50,708 bases of DNA from Burkholderiales bacterium (GTDB lineage Bacteria > Pseudomonadota > Gammaproteobacteria > Burkholderiales > SG8-39), in the NCBI GenBank assembly GCA_036006885.1, contig DASYPG010000162.1, positions 1 to 50,708 on the forward strand, in the 5' to 3' direction. The stretch's first letter is position 1. Every line of letters begins with the position of its first letter. The notes beneath the pieces are model-generated. The model made no database searches. It was given only the letters and a program-made list of their open reading frames with translations, and was not told where the DNA came from. Shown here piece after piece: positions 35,374 through 45,091 of this stretch. A program made the position numbers and the translations under genes.

Positions 35374-37640
35374 CAGTGCTTTTCTTTCTGTCTCAGGCCG
35401 TTCAAGACATCTTCCGGCGTGATCGGGTAATGGCGGAAGCGCACGCCGATTGCGTTGTACACCGCGTTGGCGATCGCAGGCCCGATGGCGATGATCGGAT
35501 CCTCGCCCACGCCCTTCGCGCCGAACGGACCGCCGGGATCGGGCGCGGTTTCGAGAAGGATGGTGCGGATCGGCGGCATGTCCATGGAGAGCGGCATCTT
35601 GTAGTCGACGAAGCCGGCGTTGAGCGAGCGGCCGGTCTGCGGGTCGATGACGTAGTCCTCGGTCAGCATGTGGCCGATGCCCTGCTGGATGCCGCCCTCG
35701 ATCTGGCCCGCCGCGGCCACCGGATGGATCACCCTTCCGATCTCGTGCACCGGAATCACCTGCAGCACGTCGATCTGCCCGGTCTCGGTATCGACCTGCA
35801 CCTCCACGAAGTGCGCCGCGAACGAATACGACTTGGTCGGCTTGTAGGTCGCCGAGGCGATGAGCTGAGGAGTCGGCAGCCCCAGCTTCGGGCCGACGGC
35901 ATCCCGCACGCTGATGCGGCGATCAGAGCCTTTGACGCTGACGATTCCTTGTCGGACTTCCAAATCTTGAGCAGAAGCTTCGAGGGCTTCGGCTGCAATC
36001 GCGAGCATCCGCTTCTTCACCTCGGCGGCCGCCATCTGCGCGGCGCGCCCGCCCATGTACGTGGTGTGGCTCGCGAACGCGCCGATGTCCCAGGGCACGA
36101 CGTCGGTATCGCCGTGTACCACCGACACGTCCTCGAAGCGCAGGCCGAGTTCCTCGGCCACCACCTGCGCGAGCGCGGTGTGGGCTCCCGTGCCGAGGCC
36201 GGTCGTGCCGGTGAAAAGCTGCGCAGTGCCGTCGTCGTTCATGCGCACCGTCGCGTTTCCCTGCTCCTTGATTCCCGGATACGCGCTCGAGCCGTGCATC
36301 TCGCAGCCCATGCCCCAGCCGCGGCGCAGGGGTTTTTCGGAAGAAGCGAGGTGAGGCCGATTTCGTTTCTTCCAGTCAGTCTCGAGAATGCCGCGACGAA
36401 TGCAGTCCTCCAGCCCATGTCCAACGATGGGATGCCCCGAAGGCGATAAGTCGCCCTCACGCACGGCGTTCCTGAGCTTCAGCTCGGCCGGGTCCATGCC
36501 CAGCTTCTCGGCCGCCTCGTCCATCTGGATGTCGAGCGCGTAGTAGGTCTGCACCACGCCATAGCCGCGGTAGGCGCCCGCGATGGGCGTGTTGGTGTAG
36601 ACCGCGCTTCCCTCGAGCAGCACGTTGTCGCAGCGATAGAGCGACGTGAGCGCCGTCGTGCCGACCGCGGTCACGCCGGGCGCGTGCGAGCCATAGGCGC
36701 CGGAATTGAACGTGATGCGCGCCTGGCGCGCGGTGATCGTGCCGTCACTCCTGAAGCCCTGCTTAAGCCACACCGTCCCCGGATGGCGCGAGCGGCCGCC
36801 GAGGAACGTCTCCTTGCGCGTGAACTCCATGCGCACCGGACGGCCGGTCTTCTTCGCGAGCAGCGCGCACAGGAATTCGCTCTGGAAGAGATCCTGCTTG
36901 GCGCCGAAACCGCCGCCCATGTGGTCGACCAGCACGCGCACCTTGGTAAGCGGCAGCCCCAGCACTTCGGCGAGGATGCCGCGCACCATGAACGGCGTCT
37001 GCGTCGAGATCCACATCGTGAGCCGTTCCTCGCTCCACTGCGACACGCACACGTTCGGCTCCATGTACGCCGGCGTCGGCCGGCCCATCGTGTAGGTGCC
37101 CTCGAGGATGACGTCGGCCTCCCCGAAGCCTTCTTCGACGTCTCCTCGCCTGACCGTAACTGGATCGACCACCAGATTGTCGTTGCGCAGGTCGTGGATC
37201 TTGACCGAGGAAGACAACGCCTGGTCCACGCTCAGAAGCGCAGGCAGCTCCTCGTATTCCACTTCGATGAGATCGAGCGCCTCCTCGGCGATCTCCTCGC
37301 TGACGGCCGCGACCACGGCGACGCTCTCGCCCCAGTAGCGCACCTTGCTGTCGAGGATGTACTGGTCCCTCGTCACCGACGCCGAGCGCGGGTGCGGCGA
37401 GCCGTAGTGCAGTACGCGCGGCACGTCGTGGTGGGTGAGCACCGCCTTGACGCCGTCATAGGCGAGCGCCCGGGTCGCGTCGATTCGCTTGATTCGCGCG
37501 TGGGCGACGTTGCTGCGCTTGGTCTTGGCGTGCAGCATGCCCGGCAGGCTGAGATCGCCGGCGTACTGCGCGCGCCCGCTTACCTTGCCCGGCATGTCCG
37601 GCCGGCGCTGGCTCTCCCCGACGACGGCGAGCTTGCTCAT
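35373..37640 (-). CDS. Molybdenum hydroxylase large (molybdopterin-binding) subunit, xanthine dehydrogenase / aldehyde oxidase family (755 aa)
   Basis: Start ATG 37640 (MSKLAVVGESQRRPDMPGKVSGRAQYAGD). Motifs GAYRGYG and GPFGAKGVGEDP. ATGA overlap with the Fe-S subunit gene. Confidence 0.9.
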   Translation of the reverse strand: MSKLAVVGESQRRPDMPGKVSGRAQYAGDLSLPGMLHAKTKRSNVAHARIKRIDATRALAYDGVKAVLTHHDVPRVLHYGSPHPRSASVTRDQYILDSKVRYWGESVAVVAAVSEEIAEEALDLIEVEYEELPALLSVDQALSSSVKIHDLRNDNLVVDPVTVRRGDVEEGFGEADVILEGTYTMGRPTPAYMEPNVCVSQWSEERLTMWISTQTPFMVRGILAEVLGLPLTKVRVLVDHMGGGFGAKQDLFQSEFLCALLAKKTGRPVRMEFTRKETFLGGRSRHPGTVWLKQGFRSDGTITARQARITFNSGAYGSHAPGVTAVGTTALTSLYRCDNVLLEGSAVYTNTPIAGAYRGYGVVQTYYALDIQMDEAAEKLGMDPAELKLRNAVREGDLSPSGHPIVGHGLEDCIRRGILETDWKKRNRPHLASSEKPLRRGWGMGCEMHGSSAYPGIKEQGNATVRMNDDGTAQLFTGTTGLGTGAHTALAQVVAEELGLRFEDVSVVHGDTDVVPWDIGAFASHTTYMGGRAAQMAAAEVKKRMLAIAAEALEASAQDLEVRQGIVSVKGSDRRISVRDAVGPKLGLPTPQLIASATYKPTKSYSFAAHFVEVQVDTETGQIDVLQVIPVHEIGRVIHPVAAAGQIEGGIQQGIGHMLTEDYVIDPQTGRSLNAGFVDYKMPLSMDMPPIRTILLETAPDPGGPFGAKGVGEDPIIAIGPAIANAVYNAIGVRFRHYPITPEDVLNGLRQKEKH

Positions 37641-38089
37641 TTCCTCATCTCCTCGGCTGCCGCCTGGATCGCCTCGACGATCTTCGTGTACCCGGTGCAG
37701 CGGCAGATGTTGCCGGCGATGCCGAAGCGGATCTCGTCCTCGCTCGGGTTCGGGTTCTCGTCGAGCAGCGCCTTGGCCATCACGATCATCCCGGGCGTGC
37801 AGAAACCGCACTGCGCACCGCCGAGCCGGATGAACTGCTCCTGCAATGGATGCTCGATTCCTTCGATCGTGACCACCTCGTGGCCGTCGGCCTCGACCCC
37901 GAGCATGAGGCACGAATTGAGCGGCTTGCCGTCCACCAGCACCGTGCAGGCGCCGCAGTCGCCCACGTCGCAGCCCTTCTTCGTGCCGGTCAGGCCGGCC
38001 TCGTTGCGCAACGCGTCGAGGAGGCTGCGCCAGGGCTCGAGCTCCAGCTCGCGCTTCTCGCCGTTGAGCGTAAGGGAGATCTTCTTCAC
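37637..38089 (-). CDS. (2Fe-2S)-binding small subunit of molybdenum hydroxylase (150 aa)
   Basis: CDVGDCGACTV, GAQCGFCTPG and NICRCTGY. Confidence 0.95.
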   Translation of the reverse strand: MKKISLTLNGEKRELELEPWRSLLDALRNEAGLTGTKKGCDVGDCGACTVLVDGKPLNSCLMLGVEADGHEVVTIEGIEHPLQEQFIRLGGAQCGFCTPGMIVMAKALLDENPNPSEDEIRFGIAGNICRCTGYTKIVEAIQAAAEEMRK

Positions 38090-38943
38090 CGGGCGAGGTC
38101 CAAGGCTCTTTGCAGGGCCCGGCGCGTCAGGACGCCCACCATTTCCCGCCGGTAGGCGGCGTTCGCGCGCACGTTGCTGATAGGCCGGGACTCTTCGAGC
38201 GCCGACTGAGCCGCGCGTTCGATCAGCGCGGCATCGATTTTCCGCCCGCTCAGAAGCACCTCGGCCTTCTTCGCACGGATTGGTGTAGGCGCGACGGCTC
38301 CCAGCACGATCCTGATCTCATCTTCTAGTGTGAGAGTCACTGCTACACCCACCGTCGCGAGCTCCATCGCCTTGCGTCGGCCGTGCTTGATGTAGATCTT
38401 GCCGGTGCGGGGCGCGGGCGCCGGAACCGCGATCTCGGTCACCAATTCGTCGCTCTTCAGCACGGTCTTGCCCGGCCCGGTAAAGAAGTCCTCCAGCGGC
38501 ACGCTCCGCGTGCCCTGCCCGCCGTGGATCGAGACCACGGCGCCGTCGGCGATCAACGGCGGCAGCGTGTCGGCCGACGGCGAGGCGCGGCACACGTTGC
38601 CGATGATCGTGGCGCGGTTGCGCACTTGAATGGACCCGAGCTCACGCACCGCCTGCACCAACGACGGGTAGTGTTTTATCGTGGTGGAAGAAACTTCTAT
38701 TTCCCTCGCCGTGACCAGCGCCCCGATGCGCAGCCCGGCCTGCGGGTCGAAGCTCAAGGCGCCGAGGCCCGGGATTTTCTTGATGTTGACCACGCAGTCG
38801 GCGCGGCGGAGCTGCTCCTTCAGCTCGACCAGCAGATCGGTGCCGCCCGCGAGCGGCTGGGCGCGTCCTCCGTAGCGCGCGAGCAGGGCAGACGCCTCGG
38901 CGAGCGTGGCCGGCTCGAAATACTCGAAGCGCCTCAAGCGCAC
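38086..38943 (-). CDS. FAD-binding medium subunit of molybdenum hydroxylase (CoxM/XdhB-FAD type, about 285 aa)
   Basis: GTG 38943 (VRLRRFEYFEPATLAEA) or TTG 38937. Motifs PLAGGTDLLVELK and IKKIPGL. Confidence 0.85.
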   Translation of the reverse strand: MRLRRFEYFEPATLAEASALLARYGGRAQPLAGGTDLLVELKEQLRRADCVVNIKKIPGLGALSFDPQAGLRIGALVTAREIEVSSTTIKHYPSLVQAVRELGSIQVRNRATIIGNVCRASPSADTLPPLIADGAVVSIHGGQGTRSVPLEDFFTGPGKTVLKSDELVTEIAVPAPAPRTGKIYIKHGRRKAMELATVGVAVTLTLEDEIRIVLGAVAPTPIRAKKAEVLLSGRKIDAALIERAAQSALEESRPISNVRANAAYRREMVGVLTRRALQRALDLAR

Positions 38944-39929
38944 TCCTTCTTGAGCGCATCGTAAGTGTCGCGGATCCACTGCGCGATAGCGGTGTTCTGC
39001 TCGATCAGCGAGTAGTTCACTCCGCCGCCGTAGTCGGCCATGTCGATCATGTCGGTCGTGATCCAGCGCAGGCGGCTGTTCCTCGGGTTCGCGAGATGGC
39101 GGCGCAGGACGCGCCGCACCACCTCCTTGCAGGACTCTACCCGGTAGGCATGCCACGGATGGAACCACTCGCCGGGCCGCGGCTTCTTGAACGGGTATTG
39201 GCAGGCGCGGCCCCAGGTGCCGGTTTCCTTGAGCTCGCCCGGGTTCTTGGGTCCGTTGGGGGAGACCGGGCGCACCTGCAGCCAGTTGATCGTCCCCTGC
39301 GAGATCCAGTCGTCGAGCACGTTGCCCGGCTCGTACGGATCGATGACCAGGCGGCCGGCTTCGACGTCCTCGCGGATGCCGCTCACATCCTGTTCCTCGG
39401 GGTTGTCGACTTTCAGCAGGATGTGGCTGTGGTCGAGGACGAAGTTGAACGGCAGGCCGCGCGCGCGCACCTTGTCCGCCACCGGGTTGATGCGGCGAAA
39501 ATCTTCCGACCACATGTAGATGTGGACCTCGAAACCGATCTCGATGCCGAGCTTCTGGCCCAGCTCGTGGGCGAGCACGTAGAACGCCACCACCTCGTCG
39601 TCGCTCACCGTGCGCCCGCTCGCGTGCTTCGCGCGCAGCATGATGTCGTGGCATTGCGCGCCAGTCTCCTTGCAAAGCCGCAGGTTCTTCTCGAGTTGCG
39701 CCTCGTCCTTGCCCGCGGCGTAAGACCACAGGCCGGTGCGGATCGGCAGGGCGTGCTTGTGCGACGCGCGCACGTACTCCGCTTCCTGCCCGGGCTGCGG
39801 CATGCGGTCGAAGTGGTCGAACACCCCCGCCGCCTTCACCAGCCGGAACTGCTCGTCGACGCTCGGAGGCTGCCGCGGCACGCCCTGGGCGCCGCGCCCG
39901 TTGCAACCGAGCGAAATCCCGTCAAGCAT
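38934..39929 (-). CDS. Probable xylose-isomerase-like TIM-barrel (sugar-phosphate isomerase/epimerase-fold) protein, function unknown (331 aa)
   Basis: Motifs reminiscent of AP_endonuc_2-fold metal sites (IGFEVHIYMW, FVLDHSHIL). The assignment is tentative. Confidence 0.45.
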   Translation of the reverse strand: MLDGISLGCNGRGAQGVPRQPPSVDEQFRLVKAAGVFDHFDRMPQPGQEAEYVRASHKHALPIRTGLWSYAAGKDEAQLEKNLRLCKETGAQCHDIMLRAKHASGRTVSDDEVVAFYVLAHELGQKLGIEIGFEVHIYMWSEDFRRINPVADKVRARGLPFNFVLDHSHILLKVDNPEEQDVSGIREDVEAGRLVIDPYEPGNVLDDWISQGTINWLQVRPVSPNGPKNPGELKETGTWGRACQYPFKKPRPGEWFHPWHAYRVESCKEVVRRVLRRHLANPRNSRLRWITTDMIDMADYGGGVNYSLIEQNTAIAQWIRDTYDALKKECA

Positions 39930-40623
39930 CGACCAGCGCCTCCGACAGGCTCGCGGCCGGGCCCGGCTCCGCGTCGACGTGCAGCTGCTTCTCGAGCGTG
40001 TTCAGGTGGCTTGCGATCCGCCTTGCCGCGAGCACCGGGTCGCGTTTGGCGAGGGCATCGACGATCTCGCGGTGCTCGTCGGCGCCGCAGTACGCGGGCC
40101 GCGAGCCCCTGTGCGCGAGGGTGAGGAGCGGCGTACGGCAGATGAGATGCTCCATGAAGCGGTCGAGCGCCGCGTTGCCGGCGAGCTCGGCCAGCAGCTT
40201 GTGGAAGCGAATCGACAGGCGCTGTCCGGTCCTGCGGTCGCCGCGGTCGTAGGCCTTCTGCTCCTCGGCGACGAAAGCGCGCAGCTCGGCGAGCTGCTTC
40301 GCGCCGATGCTGCGTGCGAGGCCCTGCACTACCGCCGATTCGATCACGCGCCGCGCCTCGAACACGTCGCGGGTCTCTTCCGGCGTCGGATTGGCGATGA
40401 CCGCGCCGCGGTTGGGGCGCAGCTCGACGAGCAGGCTGTGGCCCAGGCGCGCCAGCGCCGTGCGCACCGCGCCGCGGCTCACCCCGAGCAGCTCGGAGAG
40501 ATCCCGCTCCACGAGCTTGGTGCCCGGCGCGAGGCGGTGATCGAGAATCGCGTTCAGGACGGCGTTGAACACCCGGTCCTCGGCCGCGCGCCCGCTGCGT
40601 GGTTTCATCGGGCGCATCTTCAC
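39922..40623 (-). CDS. GntR-family (FadR/FCD-type) transcriptional regulator
   Basis: LVERDLSELLGVSRGAVRTALARL is a wHTH, followed by an all-helical C-terminal domain. The start is GTG 40623, ATG 40617 or ATG 40608. Confidence 0.85.
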   Translation of the reverse strand: MKMRPMKPRSGRAAEDRVFNAVLNAILDHRLAPGTKLVERDLSELLGVSRGAVRTALARLGHSLLVELRPNRGAVIANPTPEETRDVFEARRVIESAVVQGLARSIGAKQLAELRAFVAEEQKAYDRGDRRTGQRLSIRFHKLLAELAGNAALDRFMEHLICRTPLLTLAHRGSRPAYCGADEHREIVDALAKRDPVLAARRIASHLNTLEKQLHVDAEPGPAASLSEALVDA

Positions 40624-40639
40624 CGTGCGCCCGGCGAAA

Positions 40640-40670
40640 TGTCAACAAGTCGGCTCCAATTTTGTTGACA
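40640..40670. promoter_or_regulatory. Inverted repeat TGTCAACAA-N13-TTGTTGACA in the GntR / xdhA divergent region (candidate operator with embedded -35-like hexamers)
   Basis: Perfect 9-bp arms at 40640-40648 and 40662-40670. Each arm contains TTGACA facing outward. TACCCT lies 18 nt downstream of the right hexamer. Confidence 0.45.
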
Positions 40671-40706
40671 ATCCGTGCCCGGCCCCCCTACCCTGTCCGG
40701 CAGGAC

Positions 40707-42095
40707 ATGAAGGCCGCCCTCGACTTTCTGCTGAACGGCGAGCGCGTCTCGCTGGCGGAAGAAAATCCTTCGCGCACGCTGCTCACCTGGCTGCGCGAGG
40801 CGCGCGGCCTGGTCGGCACCAAGGAGGGCTGCGCCGAAGGCGATTGCGGCGCGTGCAGCGTGGTGCTCTCCGATGTCGGGCCCGGGGGCAAGCTGCGCTA
40901 CCAGCCGGTAAACGCCTGCATTCTGTGCATCGGCGCGCTCGAGGGGAAGGAAGTCATCACCGTCGAAGGGCTCAAGAAAGGCGATCGGCTGCACGCGGTG
41001 CAGCAGGCCATGGTCGACTGCCACGGCTCGCAATGCGGCTTCTGCACGCCGGGCTTCGTCATGGCGCTCTACGCCCATTGCAAGAGCGGGGCGCCCCCCG
41101 AGCTCTCCGACGCGATCGCCGGAAACCTGTGCCGCTGCACCGGCTACCGGCCAATCCTGCAGGCGGGCAAGCGCGCACGCGAGCTCGCCGACTGGCAGCA
41201 GGAAGCGGCCGAGGATGCGGCGCGCGCGAAGCGCATCGTCGCGCTCCCCAAAGAAACGACCCGCGTCAAAGGCTTTTTCAGTCCACTCAGCGTCGCCGAG
41301 TTCGCGCGCTACCTCTTGGAGCACCCGAAGGCCAGCGTCCTCGCCGGCGGCACCGACGCGGGACTGTGGATCACCAAGGAGCACCGCCAGCTCGACGATA
41401 TCGTCTACATCGGCCGGGTCGCCGAGCTCGGGAAAATCGAAGAGACCCCGAGGCAGCTCGAGATCGGCGCGGCGGTGACCTACGCCGAGGCCTACGAGGC
41501 CCTGGAGCGCATCCATCCGCACATCGGCGAGCTGCTGCGGCGGCTGGGCGCGGTCCAGGTGCGCGCGGTCGGGACGCTCGCCGGCAACATCGCCAACGGC
41601 TCGCCGATCGGCGATTCGATGCCGGTGCTGCTCGCCCTCGACGCGACGCTCACCCTGCAAAAGGGCGAAGCCGCGCGCGAAGCGCGGCTCGCACGCTTCT
41701 ATACGGGCTACCGCAAGAGCGTGCTGCTTCCCGGCGAGTTCGTCCGGAGCATCCGCGTGCCGAAGCTCGCGCCCGGCGCGCGCTTCGCCGCCTACAAGCT
41801 GTCCAAGCGCTTCGACCAGGACATTTCTTCCGTGTGCGCTGCCTTTCACGTGGAAGGCAACAAGGCGAGGTTCGGCTTCGGCGGCATGGCCGCAACGCCT
41901 GCGCGTGCACGCCAGGCAGAGGCCGCCTACGCAGCGAAAGGCATCGAAGCAGCCTGCACGGCGCTGGTCGAGGACTTCAGCCCGATCTCCGACCCAAGGG
42001 CGTCGGCCTGGTATCGCCTCCGCGCCGCGCAGGCGCTGCTGCGGAAATTCCATGCCGGCGCGAGCTCGCGCGCGCTGCTCGATATGGCCCCGTGA
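40707..42095 (+). CDS. xdhA: Xanthine dehydrogenase small subunit (2Fe-2S + FAD), XdhA (462 aa)
   Basis: Start ATG 40707 (MKAALDFLLNGERV). Motifs CAEGDCGACSV, GSQCGFCTPG, NLCRCTGY and GGTDAGLW. Confidence 0.9.
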   Translation: MKAALDFLLNGERVSLAEENPSRTLLTWLREARGLVGTKEGCAEGDCGACSVVLSDVGPGGKLRYQPVNACILCIGALEGKEVITVEGLKKGDRLHAVQQAMVDCHGSQCGFCTPGFVMALYAHCKSGAPPELSDAIAGNLCRCTGYRPILQAGKRARELADWQQEAAEDAARAKRIVALPKETTRVKGFFSPLSVAEFARYLLEHPKASVLAGGTDAGLWITKEHRQLDDIVYIGRVAELGKIEETPRQLEIGAAVTYAEAYEALERIHPHIGELLRRLGAVQVRAVGTLAGNIANGSPIGDSMPVLLALDATLTLQKGEAAREARLARFYTGYRKSVLLPGEFVRSIRVPKLAPGARFAAYKLSKRFDQDISSVCAAFHVEGNKARFGFGGMAATPARARQAEAAYAAKGIEAACTALVEDFSPISDPRASAWYRLRAAQALLRKFHAGASSRALLDMAP

Positions 42096-42096
42096 C

Positions 42097-44388
42097 GTGA
42101 TCCACCAGGCGCTGGCCCACGATAGCGCGGCGCTGCACGTCAGCGGCGAAGCGCGTTACGTCGACGACCTGCCCGAGCCCCCGGGCACGCTGTACGCGGC
42201 GTTCGGCATGTCCACCGAGACGCACGCGAGGATTCTCGCGCTCGATCTCGCTCCGGTGCGCGCGGCCGAGGGCGTGGTGGCGGTGCTCACCGCCGCCGAC
42301 ATCCCGGGCGCCAATAACATCGGCCCGGTCGTGGCGGACGAACCGGCGCTGGCGACGAACTTGGTGCAGTTCCGCGGCCAGCCGCTGTTTGCCGTCGCGG
42401 CCACCCGCGTCGAGCTCGCCCGGCGCGCGGCGCGCCTCGCCCGCGTCGAATACGAGCGGCTCGATCCGGTGGTGACGATCGAGCAGGCGCTCGAGGCGAA
42501 CCAGTTCGTGCTGCCGAGCGTGAGGTGCGAGCGCGGCAGCGTGGCGAGCCTCCCCGGCGCGGCAAACCGGATCAGGGGCCGGCTGCGTTGCGGGGCGCAG
42601 GAGCACTTTTATCTCGAGGGACAGGTCGCGCTCGCGATTCCGGGCGAGGGCGGCGAGATGCTGGTGCACTCCTCGACCCAGCATCCGAGCGAAATCCAGC
42701 ACCTCGTGGCCGCGGCGCTCGGCGTGCCCGACGCCGCCGTGACGGTCGAGCTGCGGCGCCTCGGCGGCGCCTTCGGCGGCAAGGAAACGCAGGCGGCGGT
42801 CTACGCGGTCGGCGCGGCGCTGCTCGCCCGCGCCACGCGGCGTCCGGTCAAGATGAGAGCCGACCGGGACGACGACATGGTCGGCACAGGCAAGCGCCAT
42901 GACTTCCTGTACCAGTACGACGTGGGTTTCGACCGCACGGGACGCATCGAGGCGCTCGACCTGACGCTCGCTTCGCGCTGCGGCCTGTCGGTGGACTTGT
43001 CCGGCGCGGTCAACGACCGGGCCGTGTTCCATTGCGACAACGCCTACTTCCTGCAGAACGTGCGCATCGTCTCGCATCGTTGCAGGACGCACACCGTGTC
43101 GGGCACCGCGTTTCGCGGCTTCGGCGGACCTCAGGGCATGTTCGCGGCGGAGGCGGTGGTGGCGGCAATCGCGCGGCACCTCGGCATCGATGCGCTCGAC
43201 GTGCGAAAGCGCAACCTCTACGGGCCGGCGCCGCGCGACGTCACGCACTACGGCATGACGCTCAAGGACAACGTCCTGCCCGAGCTCATCGACGAGCTCG
43301 AGGCGCGCTCCGAGTACCGCCGGCGCCGCGAGGCGGTGAAGGCCTTCAACGCTTCGTCGCCGTTCTTCAAGCGCGGCTTGGCCCTCACGCCGGTCAAGTT
43401 CGGAATCGCCTACACCGCGCAGGCGATGAACCAGGGCGGCGCGCTGGTGCACCTTTACACCGACGGCAGCGTGCACCTGAACCACGGCGGCACCGAGATG
43501 GGCCAGGGACTGATGATCAAGGTGGCGCAGATCGTCGCCGCGGAGCTGCAGGTCGACCTCGAGCGCATCCAGGTCAGCGCCACCTCGACCGGCAAGGTGC
43601 CCAACACCTCGCCCACCGCGGCCTCGAGCGGCACCGACATCAACGGCGAGGCAGCGCGCGACGCGTGCCGCACCCTCAAGCAGCGCCTCGTCCGGCATTG
43701 CGCCGAGACCTACAAGGCGCGCCCGGACGAAGTGGTGTTCCTGCCTAACCAGGTCGCGATCGGAGCCGCGAAGACGCTCACCTTCACGCAGCTCGTGCGC
43801 GAAGCGTACCTCGCGCGCGTGCCGCTCTCCGCGACCGGCTATTGGCGCACGCCTGAAATCCAGTTCGACCGCGAGCGCTGGCGCGGCACGCCCTTCTACT
43901 ACTTCGCTTACGGCGCCGCGGTATCCGAGGTCGCAGTCGATGTCCTCACCGGCGAGTCGCGCCTGCTGCGCGCCGACCTGCTGCACGACGCCGGCCGCTC
44001 GCTGAACCCGGCGATCGACCGCGGCCAGATCGAGGGCGGGTTCATCCAGGGCATGGGCTGGCTCACCATGGAAGAGGTCGTCTGGGACGACCAGGGGCGC
44101 CTCCTCACGCACGCGCCCTCCACCTACAAGATCCCGGTCGCGAGCGACTGCCCGCCGGTGTTCAACGTCTGGCTGTGGGAAAAGGGCGAGAACGTGCGCG
44201 ACGTGGCGCATCGCTCCAAGGCGGTCGGCGAACCGCCGCTGATGCTCGCGCTTTCGGTGTTCCAGGCGATCGCCGACGCCGTCGGCGCGACCGCTGGCTC
44301 ACGCGAGCCGGTGCCGCTCGAGGCCCCCGCGACGCCCGAGAACATCCTGAAGGCCATCCATGAGCTACATCGAAATCCGGGTCGTTGA
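42097..44388 (+). CDS. xdhB: Xanthine dehydrogenase molybdopterin-binding subunit, XdhB (763 aa)
   Basis: GTG 42097 lies 1 nt after the xdhA stop (VIHQALAHDSAALHVSGEARYVDDLP). Motifs FRGFGGPQG and KAVGEPPLML. Confidence 0.9.
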   Translation: MIHQALAHDSAALHVSGEARYVDDLPEPPGTLYAAFGMSTETHARILALDLAPVRAAEGVVAVLTAADIPGANNIGPVVADEPALATNLVQFRGQPLFAVAATRVELARRAARLARVEYERLDPVVTIEQALEANQFVLPSVRCERGSVASLPGAANRIRGRLRCGAQEHFYLEGQVALAIPGEGGEMLVHSSTQHPSEIQHLVAAALGVPDAAVTVELRRLGGAFGGKETQAAVYAVGAALLARATRRPVKMRADRDDDMVGTGKRHDFLYQYDVGFDRTGRIEALDLTLASRCGLSVDLSGAVNDRAVFHCDNAYFLQNVRIVSHRCRTHTVSGTAFRGFGGPQGMFAAEAVVAAIARHLGIDALDVRKRNLYGPAPRDVTHYGMTLKDNVLPELIDELEARSEYRRRREAVKAFNASSPFFKRGLALTPVKFGIAYTAQAMNQGGALVHLYTDGSVHLNHGGTEMGQGLMIKVAQIVAAELQVDLERIQVSATSTGKVPNTSPTAASSGTDINGEAARDACRTLKQRLVRHCAETYKARPDEVVFLPNQVAIGAAKTLTFTQLVREAYLARVPLSATGYWRTPEIQFDRERWRGTPFYYFAYGAAVSEVAVDVLTGESRLLRADLLHDAGRSLNPAIDRGQIEGGFIQGMGWLTMEEVVWDDQGRLLTHAPSTYKIPVASDCPPVFNVWLWEKGENVRDVAHRSKAVGEPPLMLALSVFQAIADAVGATAGSREPVPLEAPATPENILKAIHELHRNPGR

Positions 44389-45091
44389 GACCCGCGGCTC
44401 CACGCCGCGCGAGTCCGGCACGCGCATGTGGGTCGGCGCATCCGAGATCCGCGGCACCATCGGCGGCGGCAATCTCGAGTACACCGCGCTCAAGATCGCG
44501 CGCGAGATGCTCCTCTCCGGCGAGACCGAGCGCCAGCGCAGGTTCGTTCTCGGCGACGCGCTCGGCCAATGCTGCGGCGGCAATACCACGCTCGCCTTCA
44601 AAAGGGCAGAAGAAATCGAAGGGGAAGAAGATCGATTCGACGTGGTGCTCTTCGGCGCCGGCCACGTCGGCAAGGAAGTCGCCCGCATCCTGGAGCGGGT
44701 TCCCTGCCGCCTGACGTGGGTCGATCAGCGTCCCGAGCAGTTCCCCTCGCAGACGAGCGCCCAGGTCGTGATCGAGGACGAGCCCATCTTTGCCGTCGAC
44801 GAAGCGCCGCCGGGGGCTTTCTACGTCGTCATGACTCACAGCCATGCGCTCGACTACGAGATCGTGGAGCGCGCACTGCAGCGCAAGGATGCCCGCTTTG
44901 TCGGGATGATCGGCTCTGAAACCAAGGCGGCCAAGCTGCGCTCGCGCCTCAAAACGCGCAGGATCGACGCATCGCGGCTCGTTTCTCCGATCGGTCTGTT
45001 CAAGGCCGGCAAGCATCCCGCTGAAGTGGCGGTATCGGCGGTGGCGCAGCTCCTTCAGCTGCGCCAGGAAGCTATTTCATCCGATCCTTGA
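44360..45091 (+). CDS. xdhC: Xanthine dehydrogenase accessory (Mo-cofactor insertion) protein XdhC
   Basis: RGSTPRESGTRMWV, GTIGGGNLEY and FGAGHVGKEV. It overlaps the xdhB 3' end by 29 nt. Confidence 0.85.
   Translation: MSYIEIRVVETRGSTPRESGTRMWVGASEIRGTIGGGNLEYTALKIAREMLLSGETERQRRFVLGDALGQCCGGNTTLAFKRAEEIEGEEDRFDVVLFGAGHVGKEVARILERVPCRLTWVDQRPEQFPSQTSAQVVIEDEPIFAVDEAPPGAFYVVMTHSHALDYEIVERALQRKDARFVGMIGSETKAAKLRSRLKTRRIDASRLVSPIGLFKAGKHPAEVAVSAVAQLLQLRQEAISSDP

Noticed and set aside
35373-38943. Carbon monoxide dehydrogenase (CoxLMS) identity for the three-subunit molybdoenzyme, and for the orphan subunit at 23513-25801.
   Set aside because: The large subunits show AYRGYG and PYRAAGR loops, not the form-I VAYRCSFR active-site loop. 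No coxD/E/F/G-type genes are present. They are better described as generic organic-substrate molybdenum hydroxylases.
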